Positions 27,021 through 36,376 of a stretch of DNA of 64,000 nt are shown piece after piece. The position numbers and the translations under genes are program-made. Positions within the stretch are counted from its first letter, which is position 1. The number at the start of each line of letters is the position of its first letter. The stretch lies in IMG/VR virus record IMGVR_UViG_3300048587_000983. One strand, given 5' to 3'. Under the pieces are notes generated by a model, which saw only the letters and a program-made list of their open reading frames with translations, searched no databases and had not been told where the DNA came from. The DNA comes from a virus.

Positions 27021-28073
27021 TTACTGCTGTGCTGCACTTTCAGAATCCCCTTTCCGGTTCAACAGTTCCGTGCGCCGCGACCTCTCGTGGCCCTCGACGA
27101 TGATCCATTTGTACTTGGGGTTTTCCCGCGGCCCGTAAGGCTGGTAGCGCGGGAAAGGTTCCACGGGCCAGCTGCCCTCTGAATATTCGGCGGCGCGGCG
27201 CTCCATCATCTTTTTCCAGTTCCAGCCAACCCGATGAAACTCGACCTCACTGAACTCCCTGTGCTTACGTACAGGCTGACTGCTTTTGCCGTCTTTATAC
27301 TGGATCGGGTTGCGCTCGGACCTGAGGTCAGGGTCGCCGCTGGACACGTAGATGAGAGATTTGACGAGATCCACGATATGAGAGTCGTTGTCGTACTCCT
27401 CGGCCGTCTCAAAGTACCAGGGGCTCAGCCTACTATTCCTCCTCATCACCCGGCTCCAGTTGTCCGGAATGATTCGGTCCGTACGATCGGGAATCATCTG
27501 GCAAAAATAGCCGCCCGCCCCGGTGCGGCACAGCCACCAGGCAACAAGAACCCGTGAGCCTTCGCCGTCTTCTGCTTTAAACTCTGTTTTGCGAACAGCC
27601 TCAAGAGCAGCTTTAGGGCGGATGGCCACCATTATTTGTTCGATTTGATCACCGTCGCTGTCCCGGAGAGGCTCGGGCCAGCGGATCGTTGCTGTAAAAT
27701 ACTCGGGCAGCGCGTCCCAGGAAATATTTTTGATGCTGGTCTTGCGAAGAACCGGCCAAAACTCTTTTGTGAAGACGTAGCTCTGAACGTCGCCTTCAAG
27801 CAAAAAGTTCGAGATGTTGGCAAGGTAGGTCATCGTGGGGTCTGAAGAAAACACTTTGACCATGTTCCATATCGCGTCCGCGGGCGCATCGACCTTGTGC
27901 GCTCGAAAGATTCGCTCCACTCTTTCCCTGTCATATTGCAGAAGGACGTTACCTTCATTATCCCTCACGCCCAAATCCGATGCGCTGTTGTAGACATCGC
28001 AAAAAGCCCGCTGCATGCGCCAGAGCATACTTTGCGGTCTTCTCAGTTCTTCGTGCAGAAATCTTTTTTCCAT
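27021..28073 (-). CDS. conserved phage hypothetical protein
   Basis: 350 aa from ATG 28073 (SD GGAGAAG); C-terminal W.V..F.R.Q.YGP....KWI.V.GH motif. Confidence 0.75.
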   Translation of the reverse strand: MEKRFLHEELRRPQSMLWRMQRAFCDVYNSASDLGVRDNEGNVLLQYDRERVERIFRAHKVDAPADAIWNMVKVFSSDPTMTYLANISNFLLEGDVQSYVFTKEFWPVLRKTSIKNISWDALPEYFTATIRWPEPLRDSDGDQIEQIMVAIRPKAALEAVRKTEFKAEDGEGSRVLVAWWLCRTGAGGYFCQMIPDRTDRIIPDNWSRVMRRNSRLSPWYFETAEEYDNDSHIVDLVKSLIYVSSGDPDLRSERNPIQYKDGKSSQPVRKHREFSEVEFHRVGWNWKKMMERRAAEYSEGSWPVEPFPRYQPYGPRENPKYKWIIVEGHERSRRTELLNRKGDSESAAQQ

Positions 28074-28126
28074 AGCTTCTCCAAAGAAAAAGCCCGTGCC
28101 AGCCAGAGCTGGCGCCGGGCAGACAT

Positions 28127-28342
28127 TCAAACTTTTGCTTCGCGTGCAAGCAGCTTGCACACTGCAGCAAAAAGTGAGCGGTCCATCTCCAGTCTGTAGC
28201 CGTCTTCGTCCGGCGCTCTTTTCCAATAAAGCGCCTGCGTGACGTAAGCTTCAAACCCGAATTCGTCAAGCCGCTCTTGATGAAAAGTATCGGCGCACTT
28301 TAACTTCATGCGTTCGATCCAGCGACGAGGTTTGTGTTTCAC
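28127..28342 (-). CDS. hypothetical protein
   Basis: GTG start overlaps the upstream stop. Confidence 0.55.
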   Translation of the reverse strand: MKHKPRRWIERMKLKCADTFHQERLDEFGFEAYVTQALYWKRAPDEDGYRLEMDRSLFAAVCKLLAREAKV

Positions 28343-28764
28343 GGCTCCCCTTCCTTGTCAGGTTCATAGTCAATCCGACCCCGCTCGGTGGCCAGATACC
28401 AGCCGTCATCGGCCTCGGCCTTCCTCCACCCCAGCTTTCTCAGAGCCTCGTTCTCGCTCTCTATGAGAGCCGGAACGAGCTTCCCCCTGGGCGGCACAGC
28501 GTAGGCGTAGATCGATCCCGGATAAGTAAACACATGGACGGCTGAGCCATTGCCCCTTGCAGAGGCCGCCAGGACCGTAAGGCCGAGAGCAAGCTTTTCT
28601 CCTGAACCCATGGCGGCGAGGCTCACCTCGGTTAGATCGCAGTAGATCTGCTTATTTGAATACTTTGTCATCACGTATTCGTCCGTCTCGACGGTCTCCA
28701 GCTTAAGGCGGGTTTCCATCGCAACTTCAGTCTCTTCAGCCTCTTCGTTCATCAGGCTCTCCAT
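28339..28764 (-). CDS. hypothetical protein
   Basis: 141-aa ORF in a coupled run. Confidence 0.6.
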   Translation of the reverse strand: MESLMNEEAEETEVAMETRLKLETVETDEYVMTKYSNKQIYCDLTEVSLAAMGSGEKLALGLTVLAASARGNGSAVHVFTYPGSIYAYAVPPRGKLVPALIESENEALRKLGWRKAEADDGWYLATERGRIDYEPDKEGEP

Positions 28765-29179
28765 CCCGGACGTCGCGCGGGAAAAAAGGGGTTTTCAAAA
28801 AATCGTTGAATTGCAGGATGATCGTTGGCCCGCGCATGGGGTACTGGACAATATCGACTTGGTGAACCGCACCGAAGACCGCGATGAAATCGGGGGCGGC
28901 TTCGAGAAAACTCCCGAGCCCGAAGTCCGCGCGATCCTTGCGGCTGATAGCCGCCATACGAACGAAGTTTTCAACACAGTAGGTCACGTCCCAGGTGGGA
29001 TCCGCGAGCCATGCTGTCGGCGGCTGGCTCCACTTTTTCATGGTGGCTTCACCGCGCCGCTTCAAATCCAAAAGCGCGTCTTTTGTCAATTCAGGGACGT
29101 CCACGCGGCTTCTCCTCGTATCTTTCCTGAACATCACAGCCTGCGAGGGTTTCCTGAAAGCGTTCCAAAACTTCATCAA
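28736..29179 (-). CDS. hypothetical protein
   Basis: 147-aa ORF. Confidence 0.6.
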   Translation of the reverse strand: MMKFWNAFRKPSQAVMFRKDTRRSRVDVPELTKDALLDLKRRGEATMKKWSQPPTAWLADPTWDVTYCVENFVRMAAISRKDRADFGLGSFLEAAPDFIAVFGAVHQVDIVQYPMRGPTIILQFNDFLKTPFFPRDVRDGEPDERRG

Positions 29180-29306
29180 GATCTTCGTGAAGTTTTTCCG
29201 GAACCAGCTTTCTCAGGTCCTGAAGCTCGGGCAGCGCATCATCCATAACCGACTTGCCGTCGAGCAGCATCCCGTGTTCAACCTCGGTCTTTTTCTCTTT
29301 CATCAC
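29091..29306 (-). CDS. hypothetical protein
   Basis: 71-aa acidic ORF. Confidence 0.45.
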   Translation of the reverse strand: MMKEKKTEVEHGMLLDGKSVMDDALPELQDLRKLVPEKLHEDLDEVLERFQETLAGCDVQERYEEKPRGRP

Positions 29307-29324
29307 ACTTTCTCCAGGAGTAGG

Positions 29325-29690
29325 TTACGCATCCGGATCATCCATGGAACCGAATCTCATCATTTGGTGAGGCTGCTTTGCTGCCCCAAGAATATAGTTG
29401 ACGTTTGTTTTCACGGCCTCTTCCGAGAACCCTGCGAATAGCAAAAACTGCGTGCAACTCGCCCTGAGGTAACCGCCGAGAGTTCGGGCGAATTTATCGG
29501 AGCGCACATCGGAAGACGCCATGATCTCCACTATCTTGATCCGTGCGGCCTCGCTGGTATGAAAGCTCGCCGCCAGCTCATCAATCTTATCCTTGGAAAG
29601 CCCCGCCGCCCCAAGCATTGAGCGCAGCGCAAGATCAGCAATTGCGCTTCCGTCGAACAACGCCATATGAGAAAACTTGTGTTCCTCCAC
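29325..29690 (-). CDS. hypothetical protein
   Basis: 121-aa helical ORF. Confidence 0.6.
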   Translation of the reverse strand: MEEHKFSHMALFDGSAIADLALRSMLGAAGLSKDKIDELAASFHTSEAARIKIVEIMASSDVRSDKFARTLGGYLRASCTQFLLFAGFSEEAVKTNVNYILGAAKQPHQMMRFGSMDDPDA

Positions 29691-29693
29691 TGC

Positions 29694-30593
29694 TCACCCC
29701 ATTTCCAAAAAGCCGTTGGCATGTTGAAGGATTGCTCTGCCGTCATCGGCATCGAGCCGCCCAAGGATCTGGATAATCTCAAGATAGGCCTGCTGTTTTG
29801 GCGAGAGGCTCCGGGCATACCTTATCTCCTGCGACTGAAGCTGGTAGGTCGCGCCGGGCCTCGACACATCGGCCAGGGCCGCAGCGGGCGGGACGGTGCT
29901 CACAGGCTTCGGCCTTTCGGCGTTCGGCTGATGGCTTCGCTCGGGCGTCCGAATCACAAAACGTGCCGCCTGGGTATCGCCCGGTTTCTCTCCGCGCGAG
30001 GGCTCGGGGTTTGCGGGGGCGGTCTTGCGGTCGAGCTCGTTATAGATCGTCTGAAGCTGAATGCTTTTGATCTTCATGAGTTCCAGGGCGTCCTGAAGAT
30101 CGAAGATCACCGAGACGTCCTCGTTTCTCTGCGCCATGTGAAGAAGGGAGTTCCAGTCGGGCAGCTGGTGTCCGTTGTGCATAAGGATGTCCCGGATCTC
30201 GTACTCGCCCGCCTTGTCTGAATTGATTTCACAAAAATGGACAAAGTCCTTGAAAACCTCATAAAGCCCTGGCGGCAGAGTCGTGGTATTCTCATCCACG
30301 ACTGCAGGCTCGCACGCGGATTCGGGTACCATGAGGTCATCGCCCACCGCAGGAAGGCTTATCGCCTCGGAGGCTGATCCCGACTGACTTGAGCCGATCT
30401 GCTTTAGAAATCTCTCGACGATGGCAACAGTGCCGTGCTTGAAGCTCTTTCCCCGTGGAATCGAAACAGTCCTGTTCCCGTAGCGGTATATCCTGTGCTT
30501 TCCGCCTTCACGTTCAAATGTGAACCCCCTGTCCCTCAGGTAGCGGTCCATTTCGTATGCTCGCATGACCTTCTCTCCGTTATTTCCATTCAT
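29694..30593 (-). CDS. HicA-like RNase domain fused to a long unknown C-terminal region
   Basis: YLRDRGFTFEREGGKHRIYRYGNRTVSIPRGKSFKHGT..FLKQIG matches the HicA pattern; start 30593 or 30566. Confidence 0.7.
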   Translation of the reverse strand: MNGNNGEKVMRAYEMDRYLRDRGFTFEREGGKHRIYRYGNRTVSIPRGKSFKHGTVAIVERFLKQIGSSQSGSASEAISLPAVGDDLMVPESACEPAVVDENTTTLPPGLYEVFKDFVHFCEINSDKAGEYEIRDILMHNGHQLPDWNSLLHMAQRNEDVSVIFDLQDALELMKIKSIQLQTIYNELDRKTAPANPEPSRGEKPGDTQAARFVIRTPERSHQPNAERPKPVSTVPPAAALADVSRPGATYQLQSQEIRYARSLSPKQQAYLEIIQILGRLDADDGRAILQHANGFLEMG

Positions 30594-30657
30594 TTCGCGG
30601 ATTTCCCCTTGTGTCTGTCCGCTAAAAACTCCACCAAAAAGCTTATTCCCAGAATTT

Positions 30658-31011
30658 TCAGCCGATTCGCATGCCCGCCTCCAGCTCCCACGGATAGATA
30701 AGCCGGATTTTCTGCTCGCAGCTGTCACAGCGGGAGGGCCGTTCCTCGATGGGAAGGGGCATGGTATCGCAGTCCTCGAAAAAATAGTTTTTGCAGACCG
30801 GGCAGTCGGCGCCCCAGGCCGAATGCTGGTGGCCTTTTCCGAAGAGGGGCTCGGCCACCACAATCCGCTCCTTTTCGGGATCGGGCTCGGTCTTTTTCGG
30901 CCTCGGCCTATAAAGGTAGCGGATGACCTCGCTGAACGTCCCAAGGCCGGCATCGTCCTTGGCGAGCAAAAGAAGGCGGAGGGCTTCGTCGTCGATAAGA
31001 ATTTCATGCAT
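30658..31011 (-). CDS. ribbon-helix-helix-like domain plus zinc ribbon
   Basis: EILIDDEALRLL..AK....TFSEVIRYL (RHH antitoxin-like) and CPVC..CDSC. Confidence 0.55.
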   Translation of the reverse strand: MHEILIDDEALRLLLLAKDDAGLGTFSEVIRYLYRPRPKKTEPDPEKERIVVAEPLFGKGHQHSAWGADCPVCKNYFFEDCDTMPLPIEERPSRCDSCEQKIRLIYPWELEAGMRIG

Positions 31012-31270
31012 CGGCATCGTCAGGGCTCCCCAGCTTGATTCTGGCGGCGAGCTGCGACTTCAGGATCTCAATGGCGCCCAAAACGTGGAGCTTGCTACAC
31101 GTTCCGATGCTTGTGGCAAAACGCGTGCTGCCGTCCTTCATGATCCCGGTGACTGCGATGGCATCGAGCTTGTCGTCGATGGCGTCCTGCAATATCTCCT
31201 TTATGGCGTTGACGCTCTGTTCTTTGACCTGGTCATTCGACTGATGTTCTGTCATGCGCTTTCCTTTCAT
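31004..31270 (-). CDS. hypothetical protein
   Basis: 88-aa ORF; AIAVTG..KDG......LGAIEIL pattern seen in small phage proteins. Confidence 0.65.
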   Translation of the reverse strand: MKGKRMTEHQSNDQVKEQSVNAIKEILQDAIDDKLDAIAVTGIMKDGSTRFATSIGTCSKLHVLGAIEILKSQLAARIKLGSPDDADA

Positions 31271-31274
31271 GCAT

Positions 31275-31307
31275 AAAAAAAGCCGCTCCCCTGCAAAGGA
31301 GAACGGC
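31275..31307 (-). terminator. rho-independent terminator
   Basis: GCCGTTCTCC-TTTGCAGG-GGAGCGGC followed by T7 on the - strand. Confidence 0.65.
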
Positions 31308-31339
31308 CCCGGAATCGTTTGAAGACGTGATCTATGGAT

Positions 31340-31645
31340 CTAGGGAGTTTGAGACTCTCCATGGTCAGCTGTTCCTTTTTCCGTGGGCTTTTGCAGCGGG
31401 CCCTGGATAATCTCGGCCGCCCTGAGTGCTGCACCCATAAACAAACGCCCAAGATGCCACAAGCCGAGGGCGAAAGCATAGGCAAAGACGATGGGCATCC
31501 AAACAAAAAAGAGGGCGACGAGAGCCCAACCGATCGCCATATAGACGAGCGTTCTTGGGGTGAGGCTGATGCCCGGCAGAGCACCCGCGATCATCTGCCA
31601 CTCTTTTTTGAGATCTTCCTTCTCGTTGGCTGCGTCTCTTTGCAT
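31340..31645 (-). CDS. membrane protein
   Basis: Two TM segments. Confidence 0.6.
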   Translation of the reverse strand: MQRDAANEKEDLKKEWQMIAGALPGISLTPRTLVYMAIGWALVALFFVWMPIVFAYAFALGLWHLGRLFMGAALRAAEIIQGPLQKPTEKGTADHGESQTP

Positions 31646-31734
31646 TTGGATCCTCTTTGCTATGCCCTCAAGGCCGCGCCCAAGAGCGTTTTGAAGAAAA
31701 CGTGGTTATGGTTAGAGGTCAGGATGCGCTGGCA

Positions 31735-32016
31735 TTATGCGCCAGTGGCTCCTTTTCTTTTGACGCCACCCTTCTCCTTTTTCAGGAACTCGGCGAGTGC
31801 CTCCGTTCCCTGCCTAAATTCCGTGGGCCAGTCTTTTCGGATCTTTCCCGTGATGTCTTCGTTATAAAAATCCTTCGTCACGCAGACGATGCAGATCCAG
31901 ACGTGATGGTTGTAGTTCTCCGGTTTCACCGGAACGTCGAGGACCTTGCCGTGAAGACCGCATCGGCCCGGGATAGGCCGGATGATTGCGGGATTTGGTT
32001 TTTTCTCGTCTGTCAT
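31735..32016 (-). CDS. hypothetical protein
   Basis: 93-aa ORF with CGLH..CIVC. Confidence 0.6.
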   Translation of the reverse strand: MTDEKKPNPAIIRPIPGRCGLHGKVLDVPVKPENYNHHVWICIVCVTKDFYNEDITGKIRKDWPTEFRQGTEALAEFLKKEKGGVKRKGATGA

Positions 32017-32017
32017 G

Positions 32018-32365
32018 TCAGTCCTTGATAATTACAACGCCAAGTCTCTGCTGAAGGTGACTTCCGTCTTCCGATTTGGTTTCGACGACGCCGATTTTTT
32101 CGTAGAGAGTCTTGAGGATATTCTCCTTGATGACCCGCTCGTCCCAGGCCTCCAGCACGGGCAGGATCCCGTTTTCGATCGGCGCCTGAATCTTTATGTG
32201 AACTGACTCGATGTGCCGCGAGGCCCACTTGAGAAAGCTCATACGGAGCGCCTTATCCTCAACCCGGTTGATGAGGCTCGTGAGCTCACTTAGAGCGAGA
32301 GGCGCCATCGACTCCCCGAGCTGGGTTGTTCCTTGTCGTGATTGAGGAGAGGGATTCTGGTTCAA
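32018..32365 (-). CDS. hypothetical protein
   Basis: 115-aa ORF; start uncertain. Confidence 0.5.
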   Translation of the reverse strand: MNQNPSPQSRQGTTQLGESMAPLALSELTSLINRVEDKALRMSFLKWASRHIESVHIKIQAPIENGILPVLEAWDERVIKENILKTLYEKIGVVETKSEDGSHLQQRLGVVIIKD

Positions 32366-32594
32366 CAGGTTTTCCTCCGACGGCGTTCATGATTGCGGGT
32401 TTGAAGACGACCTGACCTTCGACGACAAAAAACTCGTCCTTGCCGCCCGAGTCGAGATACTTTTTGAGAGCAAGGCGCTGCGCCCTTTCAAGGTCATCAA
32501 TCGAGTGAAGCGTGTCCTCTACAGGAATCATATCCCCATAGAAGGTCTTGCCGTCGGCAGCAAACTTTTTGCAAACAAAGTACATGCCCATCAC
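32286..32594 (-). CDS. hypothetical protein
   Basis: 102-aa ORF coupled to the DUF1653 gene. Confidence 0.55.
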   Translation of the reverse strand: MMGMYFVCKKFAADGKTFYGDMIPVEDTLHSIDDLERAQRLALKKYLDSGGKDEFFVVEGQVVFKPAIMNAVGGKPVEPESLSSITTRNNPARGVDGASRSK

Positions 32595-32896
32595 CGTCTC
32601 CCTTTCTCGCCAAGCTCATTGGCACTTACAAAGTAAATCTTCTCCAGAACCCGCGGGTCAACGTCCTTGAGGACATCGAGCACATCGCAGAGGGCAAATC
32701 TTTCCCTCCCGTCCGGGAGGACTTTCAGGAATTGCTCGGGGGTGTGATACCAGACCGCTTCCGGGTAAATGGCCTTACTGTAAACGACGATAGGCTCGCC
32801 GCTCTCGGCGCTCCGGGCAATCGCGCGGACGCAGTAATATTCGCCCTGGTGATGCCGGTAGTATTGCTGAGGCGCAATATCCGCCAACGTGCGCAT
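32591..32896 (-). CDS. DUF1653 domain protein
   Basis: YRHHQGEYY.V..IARSAESGE.IVVY....W......F.....GRERF; SD GGAGG. Confidence 0.8.
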   Translation of the reverse strand: MRTLADIAPQQYYRHHQGEYYCVRAIARSAESGEPIVVYSKAIYPEAVWYHTPEQFLKVLPDGRERFALCDVLDVLKDVDPRVLEKIYFVSANELGEKGRR

Positions 32897-33036
32897 GGTG
32901 GCCTCCGAATTTTTGGATTTTTAGACACTTGAAAATAATGCCTATCAGGTTTTTCGGTGGGAATCAGCCGGAAACTTGCTGCGGCAAAACGGGTCATCTA
33001 AAATGAAATAAAGGTAAATCCTTCCCTACACCTTGG

Positions 33037-33054
33037 GGGCGTAGCAATACGCCC
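33037..33054. other. GNRA-loop hairpin in the divergent intergenic region
   Basis: GGGCGTA-GCAA-TACGCCC, 20 nt upstream of the 33075 start. Confidence 0.6.
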
Positions 33055-33074
33055 TATCTTTCAAGGAAAAAATC

Positions 33075-33362
33075 ATGAGTTACCACGACGATCTGCCGGT
33101 TCCGTTTGGTTATGAGGTGCCTCAGTTCGTCAAACAGCTTCTTGAAAACTTTGACGTCTGTCTTTTTCAGATGCGCCTCGATCCGGATCCCGATGCGCAT
33201 CTCAGCATCATCCGAAACCTTTACGTCCACGACCTCATTGTCTCGGCAATTGTTGCCCTCAACATGCCGAAGGAAAAGGAGGCCCTCGTAAAGGAGCTCT
33301 CCCAGCAGCTTGAAATTTTATCGGCGCTCACAAACCCTATCGAGGAGGACCTGAAGAACTAA
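33075..33362 (+). CDS. hypothetical protein
   Basis: 95-aa ORF, SD AAGGA, convergent with terminase. Confidence 0.6.
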   Translation: MSYHDDLPVPFGYEVPQFVKQLLENFDVCLFQMRLDPDPDAHLSIIRNLYVHDLIVSAIVALNMPKEKEALVKELSQQLEILSALTNPIEEDLKN

Positions 33363-36300
33363 GCCTGCGGCCCGTCGAGCGCCACGGCGTCGAGGGTATA
33401 GCGGCGGCTTTTTCCTGTCATGATATCGGACATGAGTTTCGCATAGTTCATCGAATGGAAATAATCGTCGGGGTCGGAGGGTCTATGATCATATTTTATC
33501 TCGCGGCGATATTCGTTGTACTCGGCGTAAATGCCAAGAATATCCTTTGCAAACGGCTCAAAGTCCTTCCAGCGCGGAAAAAGGATAAGACCGTGTTTCA
33601 TATCAAAGAAAAGCTCTGACATGATGAAGTTTCGCTGCAGTTGATAGCGGTAGCCGATAGCATCCCACTTCATTCTTTGCTTGAGCTTGGGCATATACTG
33701 AAACTGGGCCACGCGGTTGGGGCCAAAGGTCCGCATGAGGACGTTGTTAACCCCCCAGCCGTGCCCCCAGTCGGCACCGATAAGCTTGACGCCAAGAAGC
33801 TGGCAGATGCGCGTGATGTCTTTAACGACAAAGTCCGGATCCACCTCGCGTCCTTCGTACCGTTTCGCATAAAAGACTTTCCAGTGTTTCTGCGAGACGT
33901 AAGCCCCTATCGTGAGAACGGTATAGCTTGCGTTTCGTATTTTCCCGGAAGGCGACTTCTCGGAGCCATCATTCCCCTCGCCCCAATCGACGCCGGCCGT
34001 CAGACCCCATTTTTTGGCTTCCGCCTGGGCCGCGCGAATGCCTTCGGGGGTCGTGAGGTTCCAGAGCGAATAGTCGCCGCAGGCCTCGATAATCTCATCG
34101 CGCGTTATAGGCTTGGATGCCGAGTCGTAGGAAAGGCCAAGCACCTCGTTTGCAAGCTGCCCGTAGGGATAGTTGTCCCTTTTCCAGAGAAGCTTCATCC
34201 ACTGATCGTAGAGCCCGCAGATCCACGGCACCATGAGCTGGGGGACGCGGAAGCCCTTGATCATGTTGTTCGGATAAAACTCAACCCACCGGCCCGTCGA
34301 AGGGTCGATCGGCTTATGGCATTTTTTGCAAATGGGGCCAGGCGGAAGGCGCTTCGTTTGATACCACTCGGTCGGGCCGATGTTTTCCTCGTCGAGAAAA
34401 TTCCACTTGCCGCAGTGTGGGCACGGCACCAGCCACTCGGCCTGTGTCGTGGACTGCCAGTAGATCTCGATCGGGTTGTCGTGGGACTTCGGTGTGCCCG
34501 CCATGAGGTTGGAGGCGTCGGGAAAGTGGGACGTACACTCCATGATAACGGGAATTTCTGTCGTGAGGAAATCCTGGATCTCGTCAAGGCAGAGCACCCT
34601 CGCCGATATACCCCTCGTTCTATCCGCCGAACGGAATGCAGAGCGAAGGAAGATGTAGCTGCCGTTTGTGAAGCCCTTCTCAAAGACCTGAGTCGAAACC
34701 GAGCTATCCTGAAAGTAGCGGGCGATGAGAGGCGAGCGCTCGATTGCCGGCCGCAGCTTTTCGTTCGAGAACTGCCGCGTCTGAGTGTGCGACGGCGAGA
34801 CGTAGAGGGCCTTGTTGTAGGGGATGACGACCGAGGTGACGGTGAGGTTATTGGCAAGGAAGGTGGTGTTGTGCTGCACCAAAAAATCTGAAACATAGGT
34901 GTGAGTTTCAGTTTCTATGCCCCAGGTGTCTTGGACACCAATATCCTCAATTGATTCGATCTGGTCCCAGATTATGTCAGCTGCTAAAACGTCTGCCAGG
35001 TCTGGATCACAGAGCGTCTCGTTTATTTTTCTTATCTTTCCGAATGTCGGGGCATAGCTTCTATTGATTCTAAGACCTTGAGATTGAAGACCAGTTCTTT
35101 TCCAGTAGTTGCCGCCACGGCGTCTTGCCAATTCAACAAGATCGTAAACCTCGCTCGGTAAAGTATCGAGGTTACTATTGGAGGCCGTTCCGGGTAAAGA
35201 AAAGGGCTTGCCTGGAATCGGGCCGATTTTATTATAAAACGCCTCGATTGAATCTCTTGTGACGACACGAAGGATATAGGCCAGCTGCCCTCCGGTTGAC
35301 GGGCGATTCTCACGCACCGTAGTTACAATGCCGAATCTACGGAGCAAAAGACGAACCTGCCTCGCCAAAGTCTTGCTTGTAGTACAAAAGACGAGGTCTA
35401 TCTTCGATGAGGTTACGTTCTTGCAATGCCCGTCAGTGGCCCAAAGCCCCCGTAATAGTTGAACAGTGGAATCTGGCCCCAACTGCATCGCCTTGGAGGG
35501 GATGGTTTTTTCGGAGGCCCGTTTTCCAAAGATGCCGGTCTCCTGAAAATATTGATAGATCTGAGATTTTTTGGATATGTAGTAATTCCGCGTGCCTGAG
35601 CGCGGGTCGATCGAGAACTCGCAGGGGCCGTAGAGCGACTCAAACCAGTCTTGGACGACAGGGTTTTTTGCTGTAAACCTTTGGCAGTTTTCTGTCATGG
35701 AGCCATCGCCGATCATCAGCCCCAGTAGCGCGGCCGTGGGGTCCTCAGCCTCAAGAAAAAAACCCTGAGTGCGAAGACTCGCTATGCGGTCGCCTGGTCT
35801 GAGGTCGGCTGCCTGTCGCCACCCGAGCAGCATCCGCAAGGGGTGGTTATGGGTAACCTCCACGGTGGAGCCGAGGCGTGTTCGGATCCTAAGACAGGGT
35901 TTGGCTCCGTTAAACTCCGCCGCTATCACGCGATCCGCAGTCTGCCTGCCGTTTTCGCCAAGCGCCACTATCTCGTCGCCAGGCCTAAGGTCACGTATGG
36001 CTTTCTCTTCACCATATCGCGTCAAAACGAGGGACGTGCCGGTCTGGCACTTCTCCACTTGGCGGGCAGTCTTAAGAAGGATTCGCTTGAAGTTGCCGTC
36101 GTAGATCGGGCGGAGATAGCCCCTTCCGGTGAAGTCGAATTTATGGCCGTCAAGATAGATGAGGTTTCGCACAAAGTCCGACTTTTTGGCCTTCAGGATC
36201 TCCCGGAGCGTTCCGTCCTGGTTGACCGTGCTGCGGAACGCGGCCACCGTCCGCTCGGAGACAGCAGGCGGTTTGTCGTCATACATCCGCGCCTCAAAGG

Positions 36301-36376
36301 CGTCCGATCCCAGCTCTTCCTCGAGATCGATGTCGTCACCGATCCGCTTGTCACCGTTGTCACCGATTGTTCCCAT
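33359..36376 (-). CDS. terL: terminase large subunit (lambda GpA-like) precursor containing an intein; 611 aa after splicing
   Basis: P-loop KTARQVEK/TT, Walker B LCLDEIQD, AGTPK, VPCPHCG zinc ribbon, nuclease AGVDWG and DDYFHS. Confidence 0.92.
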   Translation of the reverse strand: MGTIGDNGDKRIGDDIDLEEELGSDAFEARMYDDKPPAVSERTVAAFRSTVNQDGTLREILKAKKSDFVRNLIYLDGHKFDFTGRGYLRPIYDGNFKRILLKTARQVEKCQTGTSLVLTRYGEEKAIRDLRPGDEIVALGENGRQTADRVIAAEFNGAKPCLRIRTRLGSTVEVTHNHPLRMLLGWRQAADLRPGDRIASLRTQGFFLEAEDPTAALLGLMIGDGSMTENCQRFTAKNPVVQDWFESLYGPCEFSIDPRSGTRNYYISKKSQIYQYFQETGIFGKRASEKTIPSKAMQLGPDSTVQLLRGLWATDGHCKNVTSSKIDLVFCTTSKTLARQVRLLLRRFGIVTTVRENRPSTGGQLAYILRVVTRDSIEAFYNKIGPIPGKPFSLPGTASNSNLDTLPSEVYDLVELARRRGGNYWKRTGLQSQGLRINRSYAPTFGKIRKINETLCDPDLADVLAADIIWDQIESIEDIGVQDTWGIETETHTYVSDFLVQHNTTFLANNLTVTSVVIPYNKALYVSPSHTQTRQFSNEKLRPAIERSPLIARYFQDSSVSTQVFEKGFTNGSYIFLRSAFRSADRTRGISARVLCLDEIQDFLTTEIPVIMECTSHFPDASNLMAGTPKSHDNPIEIYWQSTTQAEWLVPCPHCGKWNFLDEENIGPTEWYQTKRLPPGPICKKCHKPIDPSTGRWVEFYPNNMIKGFRVPQLMVPWICGLYDQWMKLLWKRDNYPYGQLANEVLGLSYDSASKPITRDEIIEACGDYSLWNLTTPEGIRAAQAEAKKWGLTAGVDWGEGNDGSEKSPSGKIRNASYTVLTIGAYVSQKHWKVFYAKRYEGREVDPDFVVKDITRICQLLGVKLIGADWGHGWGVNNVLMRTFGPNRVAQFQYMPKLKQRMKWDAIGYRYQLQRNFIMSELFFDMKHGLILFPRWKDFEPFAKDILGIYAEYNEYRREIKYDHRPSDPDDYFHSMNYAKLMSDIMTGKSRRYTLDAVALDGPQA
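34868..36049 (-). mobile_element. intein with LAGLIDADG homing endonuclease (394 aa)
   Basis: Starts Cys (CQTGTSLV), ends VQHN before Thr+1; LAGLIDADG-like LLGLMIGDGS and LLRGLWATDG; interrupts Walker A. Confidence 0.93.

Noticed and set aside
28736-29179. N-terminus MMKFWNAFRKP as another copy of the leader
   Set aside because: It matches only FW and F; it lacks G, E and the K-x-A end, so it is not counted.
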